Source: a virus
Lineage: Duplodnaviria; Caudoviricetes
DNA length: 36,471 bases
IMG/VR virus record: IMGVR_UViG_3300032226_000130
Location: 1 to 36,471 of that record
Reading direction: 5' to 3' (one strand)
Shown here: positions 16,892 through 28,800 of the stretch, piece after piece
Layout of the letters: each line of letters starts with the position of its first letter
Numbering within the stretch: the stretch's first letter is position 1
Made by a program: the position numbers and the translations under genes
Notes under the pieces: generated by a model
Database searches by the model: none
What the model saw: the letters and a program-made list of their open reading frames with translations, nothing else
Told to the model about the DNA's origin: nothing

Positions 16892-19800
16892 ATGCAACGT
16901 GCCGTCAATCCTCAAACTGGGGAGGTGTTGTTCCTTGTTAATAACAAATGGACCGCTCCAGAGCAAACTGCTAAGAACGACAGAGGGGATACGGCATATC
17001 TAGTTGGTAATCAGTGGCAAATTGTAAAGAACGTTCCTCTTCCAGAGCCTACGCTCTCCCCTGAAGAGCAAGTGATGAGCGCCCCAGCTGAGCGTGGTAT
17101 TGCGTCTATAGTTCCACGCCCATCAACAGCTCCAAAACCGCCATCAGAGTTAGCTCCCGGAGAAGAGTTAGGCAAAGGCGCTGGCGCTGGCGTTATTGGT
17201 CTTAAGTCCATGTGGGAGAGCGCTGGCCTGATGAAAGACATTGGTGCCATGAGCACCGTTCAACAGCGCCAAGATCTATTTAACAAGATTGAAACTGGCC
17301 AGATCACAAGTACCGATCAATTGCGTGGCCTTGATGAAACAAGTGGTCAGGCTCGTTCATACCTTATGTCTGATCCAGCTACACGCGAGAAGTTGCGTGA
17401 GCGTAATGTTGGTGAGATCGGCCGCCGTACAGACTTTGTTAAAGCTTCTCTGGCTACGATTGATCAATATCAAAAAGATGCCCTAAAGTACAAAGGCCGT
17501 ACAACAGACTTAACAGATATTGAAGGCGCTAAAGACTTTGCTAACTGGGCGGCCTACAACATAGGCTCTGGTGCTGTTCAGTTAGCTCCTCTCATGATTG
17601 CCGCCGTTACGACTGGTGGTGCTGGCGTTGCCGCGCTTGGTCTTGGTATGGGCACCGGAGAAGCTATAAGCAACCGACTACAGTTCCTTGAAAAGCGGAT
17701 TAAAGATCTGCCTCCAGAACAAAAGGCCGCAGAAGTCATTGACTACATTAAGAAGACTGGTGACACATCACTGGCCGTTGGTGTTGTCAGCGGTGCTTTG
17801 GATGCAGTCCTAGGCCCAGCGGCTACTTTGGCTAAACGTGGATTGGGTGAAGTTGTTAAGGGTGAGACTCGCAAGGAAGCACTCAAGGCCGGCGTTAAAG
17901 AAATTCCCAAAGCAATGGGTCAAGAGTTTATTACTGGTGGAGCTCAAGAAGCTACCCAGCTTGGTGGTGCTTTGGCTGAACGTGAGATTGACGAGTTCTT
18001 TACAAAAGAGAATGCCAAGAAGATCCTCAATGCCGCCGCAGCTGAAGCCATAGCCGGTTCTATTGGTGGTGCCGCTACTACGGGAGCCCGTGTCTATGGT
18101 GCTGATCAAGCCATCAGGGCAAAAGAAAAGCGAGATACAGAGATCCAAGCACTTCAAGGCAGGATGTCTGAGCTTGATGAGCTTCTTAAGACTGTATATT
18201 CACAAGAACCCCCCCCTGCCGCAACAGAACCCGCAGCTCCTCCTGTTGCCCCAGTTGCTCCAGAAGGTGGTATTGCTGGGCTAATGCCAGAAGCCCCTCC
18301 CCCAGCACCGCCAGCTCCTCCCGCCGCGATTGTGGAGGACGAAGAAGCGCCATCCCAAGATATGGAGGCCATGCTCAGAGAAGCACTTGGAGCAACAGAA
18401 TCTGACACTAACACTGTTAGTGTGGGTAAACCCTTAGTTCCTACTGAAACACCCGTGGCTGAGCTTGATCAAGCGCAAGTTACAGCAATGACAGATGAGC
18501 AGTTAAAAGCTCAGATTAACAACATCAACTTGCGAGACAAGGAATATGAGCTTGTAAAGGCTGAGTTAGATAGCCGTCAGCAACCGCCATCTACCAAGCT
18601 AGTTCAAGAGGTTTTGCCAGAGCCTACAGCCAAAGAGCGCCCAAGTACGCCTGTGATTTACAACGCCATCATTGATGGTTATCAAGGTAACGCAGGCAAA
18701 CTGCCAAAAGAAACACTCACTTGGATGACTGATAACGGTCTGATCAAGGGTGGAAGCACGACACCTCTGGGTCAGCGTTTGATGGACACTGTCAAGCAAG
18801 CTGAAGACGCATACAAGAGCTCTCAGGGTGTGGATGTCCTTGAGGCTATGCAGCGCGGTGAGCCAATGCCGATTCGTAAGTCCATGAGTATGGATCAGGT
18901 AGACGAAGTCGTTGATAAGTTCCTTGCGGCCAATAAGCCTAAGATTGCTCCCAAGCCAGCCCCTGCCGCGCCAGCTGTCAATCCTAAAGTGCAGGATCTC
19001 TTGGAGTTGGAGAACCAGAGCAGGGAAAACAGAGGTCAGAAGTTAATGACTTACGCGCAAGCGGAGAAGATGGTCAATGACGATGTTGAGAATAACCTTG
19101 AGTTTGGTGACTTTGATTTTTCTGTAAAGCAGTTAACTGAAGAAGCTAGAAACAGACTGAAGTTTGATTCAGAGATAACAGCCCCATCCACTAGAGTCAA
19201 CATCTCGAAGACCGGAGAGATGTTGCGGGGCAAACCTTTTACGCCTGATGAGTTTGATAAGAAGGCTATTGAGATTTACAAACAGATTAAAGCGGCTAAT
19301 CCTGACGCTGACGTAGATGAACAAATAGCTAACCCCAATAGATTCCATCCTGTTAAGGAAGAAGCAAACAGCAAAGGCATCAAGATTGGTGATTTGGTTT
19401 ACAGAAAAGGCGAGTCAGAGCCTGACATTGTCACTACTGTTTACAACGATAGGGTTAAATTAACTGACAGGAAGACTGGCAATAGTGGCTTTGAAAACAT
19501 TGACCTTGTCAGCAAAGAGCCAATCCCATACGACTATAAGTTTAACTTTGGCTATGGTGACATTGAAGTCAATGTTAATGAGTGGAACAACAACAAAAAC
19601 CAATGGCAGTTCAGTATGTATGGCCCTGGAGCCAGTGATACTGGGTTCCGTTCTGAGCTGGGCATTCAGTTCAAAGGTACGCCCGGAACAAAAGAATTTG
19701 ACAACTTTGTTGAAGCCATTGTTAGCAGAAGCACGGCAGACCGCCCTCAACAGATAGCCAAAGCAAAGAAAGAAGCCGAAAAGAACATGACTCCTGAACA

Positions 19801-22800
19801 GCGCAAACAGCGCAGGGAGCAAGAATCAGCGGCTGATAAAGAACGCCTAGCAAAAGAGTCTGCTGAGAGCGAAGAAAGAACCAAGGCAAGGAATGAGCTG
19901 CTGGGTGAAATTCAGGAGCACATGAAGAAAAACAAGATTGGCATCTACTCGCCAATGCCTTCGCTAAAAACAGCGATGGAAACAATTGAAAAGCTTAAGA
20001 AGGGTAACAAGACTGACCCCCGAGCTGAAGGCTGGATGAAAGGTCAAGGCATCATTTGGACGCCTGAAAAGAATCCGCAGTTCACCCGTATGGGTAAGAG
20101 GTTTGTGCAAGAGGTGTACAAACTTAACCAGAAGTTGACTGAAGAGCAACGTGCTTCTGGCACTGAGGACGCTACTGTACTTAAGGCCGCTGTAGACAAA
20201 GCCAACGCCATCACTGAAAAAGAGCGTAAGAAAGCTATTGCTGACAAACAGAAGGCAATTGAAGCCCAGAACATTGACAAAGCCAAGATAGAGCAAGCTG
20301 ACCAAGACATTGAAAAAGCCTTGGGTGATTTGGCTATGCTGATTACAAAGGGCACACGCCTGAACATGATGCCAGAGGATGAGCAAAAGCTCATGCCTAT
20401 TCTGACCACATTGATGGATGCGTCATTCCGCAAAGGTTACTACAAGTTTAAGGAAGCCGCCCGTTATGTGATGGATCTGATCCGTTCACAGTTGGGTCAT
20501 GACTTTGCTGATGAGATCACTTTGGATCAGCTCCAAGGTGCATACATTGGTATGGCCGGTAGATACCAAGACCAAGGCGCAAGCTCCAAGAAAGAAGTTA
20601 TTGCAATTGAGTCTTTGTCAGAGATTGACGAAGTTGCTGGTGAAATAGAAGTTGGTGAGGTTGATATTAATAACCCATCTGAGCAATTTGAAGTAGCTCA
20701 GAACCTTGCACAATTCTTCATGGAAGATGGCGAGTTTGCCAACATCAATGAAGCTCGCAAGATGATTGCCGATATGACTGGGCAAGACATCAAGCCGGGC
20801 ACTAAAGAATCCAAAATGGCAGATGAAGCCATTGAGGCTGGTGTAGTCATGGCCGCGCGCAACATTGTAGATGCTGGCCGTCAAGACAAACTTACCAGTG
20901 CACAGATCTATGACAAGTTGGTTGATCTCTATGAGCGCCAGCCAAACCTAAGTGGCCGTAGTTCTACTAGTATTGCCCAGCAAGCCTACTCTACCCCTGC
21001 ACCATTGGCTTATGTAGCCTCTGAGCTGGCTGGCATCAATAACAGCACAGTGGTGTACGAGCCTACAGCTGGTAACGGGATGCTGTTGATTGGTGCTACT
21101 GAAGACAACATCATTGCCAATGAGTTAAACAAAGACCGCTATGAGATGCTTTCACGCATCCTAGAAGGCTCTGAGATTGGTAATGAAAACGCGCTTGACT
21201 CTAACGTTAAGGGGGCTGACTTTGATGTCGTGATTGAGAACCCTCCTTTTGGCAAAGCTGGAAACATCAGCGACATTGATCACGCTATTGCAATGCACTC
21301 TCTTGAGGGTATGAAAGATGACGGCCGTGCTGTCTTGATCTTGGGTGGTGTACAGGCCAACACAGAGGAAGGCCGCCGTGAGGGCTATCGCGGTAAGGCT
21401 AAACGTGAGTTCTACTTCCGACTCTATAACCAATACAACGTTGTTGACCACTTTACAGCTGGCGGCAATATGTATGCAAAGCAGGGCACAACGTACCCTG
21501 TAGACGTCATTGTCATTGATGGCGTAGGCAAATCTAAACGTGGTTTACCGGCAGCTGATCTGCCTCAGTTGATCACATCTTACGAACAATTGAAGGAGAA
21601 GCTAAATGATCGCATGGTATCCCGAGGAGATCGTGGCACCGCCGGAACTGACGTCAGTGCTGGTACCGAAGGGCGAGCTGAGCCAGAAGGAGTGGATCGA
21701 GGCGCTGTCGGAGAGGGTAAGCAACCTAGCGGAGAAAGAAGAAGACCCGCTGGAGGCGGCGAACGAGGCGTGTCGGAATCTGAGTCTACCGGAGGTGGAC
21801 AACGCGAACCAGCTGGGGGACGCGCTGGTGAAGTACAACCTAGACCTACTGACGAATCTAAACGTGGTGCAGAAGGAAGACCCGTTTCCAGCGAAGGTAA
21901 GCGAGGAGAAGCCGGCGGCAAGGCAGGCTCTGAAGGACGTAAGCCTAGCGAACTGGGTGGAGTTAGCGTTGTCTCAGGTAAGCGTGTCGAGTCTGGATTA
22001 ACAGAGCGCGGCAAGCAGGAAGAAGAAACAGCCAATCAGGTTTCTTATAAGCCTCACTCACAGGCCACCGCTATTGGTACATTGGTTCCAAAAGCTATGG
22101 CACAGGCTATTGAAGATTCAATTTCCCGTGTTGAATCTGAAGTTGGAAACATTGATGAGTTTGTTGCTGAACAGCTTGACATGGACCCAGAAACCCTGCG
22201 CGAGCAGTTCTCTGCTGAACAGATTGACGCATTGGTTTTGGCTATTCGTAATGCTGAAACTGGCAAGGGCTTCATCATTGGCGATCAGACTGGTATTGGT
22301 AAAGGCCGTGTCGTTGCAGCCATGATTAAGTACGCGCTTAACACTGGCAAGATCCCAATCTTTGTTACTGAAAAGCCTAACTTGTACTCGGACATGATTC
22401 GAGACTTAGACGATATTGGCATGACAGATCAACTTGGCTTAGACACAGCCAAACCCAAGATCTTCATGACCAATAGCAGTGAGTCAGTTCCATACACCTT
22501 GATTCGTACTGTCAAAGGCGAACCAGTTGAAAACAATCTGATGCTCAAGCCAGCCAAGTCTTCTGGGCTTGATGAAGTCATGAAGCAGATGGTTAAGAAT
22601 GACAGTTTAGGTAACTACAAGGTTATCTTTACAACATATAGCCAGCTGCAGAGCGTTAAAGGTAAACCCACAGAGCGTCAAAACTTTATCAAGCACTTCG
22701 GTGCTGGTAACTACATGATCTTTGACGAGAGCCATAACGCTGGTGGTGCTGGTGTTGAGCCTGCTAAAGCTGAGAAAGAAGCCGGCGTCAACATTGGCCA

Positions 22801-25800
22801 AGGTCGTTCTGGTTTTGTGCGTAACTTGGTTAAAGAAGCTGACGGCACATTCTTCTCATCGGCTACATACGCTAAGCGTCCTGATGTGATGGACCTGTAC
22901 TCAAGTACAGATATGAAGTTGGCTGTGGATAACATTACCCAGCTGTCTGACGCGATCAAGGCTGGCGGTATTCCTATGCAACAGACCGTAGCAAATATGC
23001 TGACCCAAGCAGGCCAGTACATTCGCCGCGAGCGTACCTTTGCAGGGGTGTCATACAACACACAGGAAACCAAGGTAGACAAAGATACGGCTGAGAACAT
23101 GGCTACGTCTATGCGTGACATCCTTGCTTTTTCACGCGAAAAGGAAGTTGTTGTTAAGCGCTTGCAGAAATCTTTAGACACTCAAGGAGCCCGTGCTGGT
23201 GCAGTAACCGAGAAGACCACAGTTCAAAGTGCAAACTTTGGCTCAATCATGCACAACTTGATTGACCAGATGCTGTTGTCATTGAAGTCCCAAGACTCTG
23301 TGCGTCATGCTATTGAACGCTTAAAAGCTGGTGAGAAGGTCGTTATGACTGTGTCCAACACCATGGGCTCATTCTTGCAAAGCTATGCAGATGACATGGA
23401 TCTTAAAGTTGGTGATGCTGTTAATTTGTCATTTGCTGATCTGTATATTCGTTACTTAGAAAAGCAGCGGATGGTCAAGATCACAAAGCCGGGCGGCAAG
23501 AAAGAAGATTACCGTCTGACCGATGCAGATTTAGGTGAGAACTTGGCCAGCCGTTACTACGAGATCCTTGATTTCATTCGTGGTGCAGGCTTTGGTTCTG
23601 CCCCTATTTCTCCGATTGACTATATGCACAGCGAGTTGCGTAAGGCTGGATACAAGACTGAAGAGATCACAGGCCGTACAGTTACGCTGAACTATGAGAG
23701 TGGCAAACCTATATTGACCACACGTTCTGCCAACATCAAGCAACGGGTTAACGCTGTTAAAGCGTTTAATGCTGGGGACACTGACGTCATTATCTTGAAC
23801 CAAGCTGGCTCTACTGGTTTGTCGCTCCATGCTTCTAACAAGTTTAAAGACCAGCGCAAGCGTCACATGATCATTGTTCAGGCTGAGAAGAACATTGACA
23901 CCCATATGCAGATGCTTGGCCGTGTGCTTCGTACAGGTCAGGTTGTGAAGCCAGCTTACTCACAGATGATGGCTGACATTCCTGCTGAGATGCGTCCTGC
24001 CGCTGTTTTGCTTAAGAAGATGGCGTCCCTAAGTGCTAATACTACAGCTTCTCGTAAGTCAGCCGTGTCAGCCGAGGGTGCTGTTGACTTCATGAACGAT
24101 TACGGTGGCCAAGTCGCACAGGAATACTTGCGTGATAACCCAGGCATCCATGCAGAATTGGGTGGCAATAAGCTACTTCAAGTTAAGGAAAACACAAACG
24201 AAGCAAGCGAAGAAGATATTCGCAAGCTGACTGGCTACATACCAATCCTGCCAATCAAACAGCAGGAAGAAGTCTATAAAGACCTTATCGAGCGTTACAA
24301 AGATTTGATTGAACGTGAAGACAGCATGGGCTCCAATAAGTTGGAAGCCAAAGCTCAAGACTTGGATGCTCAGACTATTAGCTCTGTTGCGATTACCGAA
24401 GACAAAGGTGAGCCTTCTATCTTTGCCCAGCCTGCTTACATGGAAAAGGTTGATGTCAGACGCACGGTTAGACCTTATTCTAGGCAAGAAGTAAAAGACC
24501 AAGTTGCAGAAGCATTAAATGGTAAATCTGCTGTTGATTACTCTGATGATCTAAAACGTAGCATCAGAGAGCCATTTAAAGATTACTTTGATGAACGTAT
24601 TGCTGATGCAAAAGAGTCTGGTGCAGATGAAGTAAAACTTACAGCAATCAGATCTCAATTAACAGCTGACGCTGAAAAGATCAAATCCATTTTGGATACT
24701 TATCGTTTAGGTACGCCTGTTTCTATTAAGAATGCCAATGGTGTGTTTGTCTATGGTGTTGTAACTGACATCAAACACAAAGGTAAGACCAAGAGCCCAG
24801 TAGCAGGATCAGACTGGAAGATGACGCTGGCGCTGGCTAATGGTGATGCCAAGTCATTACCGTTGACTTTCTCTCAGATTGGCGGATCTTACACTTTGGA
24901 AGAACAGGGTCAGATTCAGTATCTCAATCCAGAGACATTGCAAAACGAACTAATCCCTCTGTATGAGTTGTTTGACCGTGGTGCTACTGTACGCCGTGAG
25001 AAGCGTTGGATGGTGACTGGCAACATCTTGTCTGGTTTTGCAGAAGTCAACAACATGGGTACGATCCTGTCGTACACCAAGAACGATGGTACGACTGGCC
25101 AAGGCATCTTGATGCCACGCACATTTGACTTTGAAAAAGAAAAGAAAAACGCTCCAGTCAAACTCAAAACATACGCTGACGTTAAGCAATTCTTTGATAA
25201 GTTTGGCCGAGGTGCAATCATCTCTACGCCAGACGAAGTATTGCGCATTCGAAGTGAGGGCTATGACAACTTGAAGTTTGTTACTTCTAGCTCCAAGCGC
25301 GAAGGTGGTACGTTCTTCTTAGATACAAACCTAACTGGGATCATTGGCGACTTCTTTAAGACCGGCTCGCTCATGACTGCTCGCAGCTCTGATGAAGCTA
25401 GGAACAGAAAAGCAATTGAGTACATCCTGAATGAACGTCAGGACTCATTGATTGCCGCTTCTAACAAAGAAGAAGCGCGTGAGATGTTCGCGCCTAAAGA
25501 CATCCCGTTGTCCAGCATTAAGTTTAACAACGAGAGGTTGAGCATCAATCCGGCCATGAATATTGCAATGGATCGTGAAGCTTTGATCCGTAAATATCAG
25601 GCAGTGCGTCAGAAGAGCGCGGCCATCTCTGCTAAGTTTGCCAAGGGTGAGGCAGGACTGGATGAGCAAAAGGCTTTGACGTTCCTTAAACAGTCTGCCA
25701 ATGACCTAAAAGAAGACATCAAAGACACCAAGCCAGCAGGCCGTCTTGCTAAGAACTTCTTTGCCAAGGCTACTGCTGACTGGAACAAAGACCTAATCAG

Positions 25801-28800
25801 CGATGACGTTTATGACGTTATCAGAACTTTGCATGACAAGTACCCAGAAGTCTTGGAAGGCCTGCAGTTTTCTATTAAGAAACAGCCAGAAGGTAAGGAC
25901 GTAATTGGAGACTTCTTCCCCTTCCCACGCATTGTGCGTTTGTACAAGGGTACAACTGGTGTAGTTGATCCAGAGGCTATCCGCCATGAGATCGTTCACA
26001 GTCTTGAGCAGATGATGGAAGCCCCAGCCGTGCGAGCTTTGGTTGATGACTGGTCTGATAAGTTGGGTGCGGCCATCAAAGCCGAGAAGTCAGCTGCCGG
26101 CCAGAAGTACTTCCGTAATGTGTTGGAGATGCTTAATAGCCCAAGTTTGGAAACCTATCAAACGGCCATTGATTCCATGCCATCAATGAACTATTACCAG
26201 TATCTGAACCCCTCAGAGTATTGGGCTGTTAACGCTGAGAAGCTGATGGCGCGTAAGCTGGGCACAGGCTGGGACAAGTTTGTCTTGGCGGCCAAGCGTT
26301 TGTTTGAAGGTCTGAAGTTCATGTTTGGTTTTGATAACCGTTACATTGTTCAGAGAACATTCAACGACATCATGAACAGCCGTCAAGAGCGTTTCCATAC
26401 ACGTTCTTTAAATAACTACATCACAAAGGAATCCATCCCCTTGTCCAATATGGTCAAGAACTACAAGGGTGGAGCTGGCGCGTTGGCTACATGGGAATCA
26501 GCAGAAGACACTAGCCTTGCCAAGTTCCAGTACCAGATCGTTGACAAGCAAGTTGATACGCGCATGGTGGTTAAGTCCATCACCGAGCAGATTGGTGACA
26601 TCCGAGATCAGCACGATCCATCTTTGCAGGAAACCCTGTATCACAGTGCTAAATCTAGCAAAATCCAAGACTTCTTAAAAGACAATCTGCGTCCATTTGT
26701 TGAGCAGATGCGTAAGATGGGTGTGGAGTATCGTGACTTTGAGCACTATCTCCATATGCGTCATGCCAAGATTCGCAATCACATTGTGGCCAAGCGTAAC
26801 CCAACCATGCCAGACGGTGGTTCGGGCATCTTTAACCAAGAGGTGGACGATTACTTTGCCGGTAAAGACAATTCAAAGCTAACGCCAGCTGATGAGGCCA
26901 AGTACAAAGAGTTGGCTAAGACAGTAGATAACTGGGTTGAAGAGACTCAAGACTTGCTGATCTCTTATGGACTTGAGAAACCAGAGACTATTGCCGCATG
27001 GCGTGAGAAGCTCCCCTTCTATGTTCCTTTGAAGCGTGATCCAGATGAGCTGGACTACGTGACTCCAGGTTCTGGTTTGGGTCAGGGCTTTGCAACCCGT
27101 GGTAACTTTTCCAAGACTGCAACCGGATCGTACAAAACTGTTGTTGACGTCTTAGCCAACATCGCTCTCCAGCGTGAGGCGGCGATTATCCGTGGTGAGA
27201 AGGCCAAGGTAGGCCGTGCTCTGTATGCGTTGGCCATCCAGAATCCCAATCCTAACTTCTGGAAGCCCGTCAACCCTGACGCTATTCGCAATAAGAAGAA
27301 GCTCAAGGAGGAGATGGCCAGCTTTAACCTGACAGTGGCTGAAGCTGATGCTTTGTTTGCAGAGCCACCTTCTCCACGTATTGATCCAGCTACTGGGTTG
27401 GTGGAGTACAAGGTCAACCCTGCGCTGCGGAACTCACCTAACGTATTTGCCGTGCGTGTCAATGGCGAAGACCGATTCATCTTCTTTAATCCCGGCGAGC
27501 CCCGTGCCAAGCGCATGGCTGAAGCCTTGAAGAACTTGGATGCCAATCAGCTAGAGGGTTATTTAGGTACTGTGGCTGAAGCGACCCGCCTGATCGCGGC
27601 CATGAACACCCAGTACAACCCTGTATTTGGTGCATGGAACTTTGTGCGAGATGTCTTTGGCGGCACCATTAACTTGGCCAGCACAGAGATCAAAGATAAA
27701 AAGATGCAAGTATTGGCTGGCTCTATCCCAGCTCTGCGCGCAATCTTTACTGATCTGCGTGGTATGAAAGAGTCTTACGCTGGCATTGTCAGTGACCCAA
27801 ATCAAAAAGAATGGATTGAGCTGTGGAAACAGTTTAGAGAGATCGGCGGTATCACTGGTTACAGTGAGCAGTTCAGTCGTGCAAAAGACAAGGCATCTAT
27901 TGTTGAGCGTGAGATGGCTCGCTTGGATCGCGGTAATGCACGTAGAAAAGCTGATGCTGTCCTAGACTGGCTGTCTGACTACAACGATGCGATGGAAAAT
28001 GCCGTGCGTCTGTCTGCCTTTAAGGCCGGACTAGACAAAGGCATGACACCCCAACGTGCCGCTTTTTTGGCCAAGAACCTGACTGTTAACTTTAACAAGA
28101 AGGGTCAAGCCACTGCAAATGCCAATGCCTTGTATGCGTTCTTCAATGCTCGCGTCCAAGGCACAACCCGCATGATGGAAGTGCTAGTTCAGAACAAAGA
28201 CGGCAAGTTCACAATGACTGGCGTTGGCAAGAAAATAATTGCTGGCGGTATGTTGCTCGGTACAGTGCAGGCTTTGGCTTTATTGGCGGCAGGCTTTGAT
28301 GGCGATGAGCCACCAGACTTCCTCAAAGATAAGAATTTGATCCTGCCTACCTTTGGTATTGGTGGTGAGAAAAAGTACCTAATCGTCCCGATGCCTTTGG
28401 GCTGGAACTTGTTCCCCAACATTGGCCGTGAGCTGACTGAGTATGTCTTGATTAACTCTGGTCAGATGAAGGGCAGACGCAAGATTACCCAGACAATTAC
28501 CAACATTGCAGCTCAAGTGGCTGATATGTTTAACCCGTTAGGCGCTGGTGGCATTGGTAATATGGTTATGCCAACCATCATTGACCCAGTTTTCAATGTG
28601 CTTGTAACAAACAAAGATGCGTTTGGCCGTCCAATCTCACGGGAAAACCGCGAAACAAATCCGACTCCAGGTTGGGAGCGTAGCCGTGATAACGCTACTA
28701 GCTTGAGTAAAGCTTTGGCTTACGGCATAAATTACTTAACTGGCGGGGGTGAATATGGTATTGGTTTGGTTAGCCCAACAGCTGACCAGCTGGACTACAT

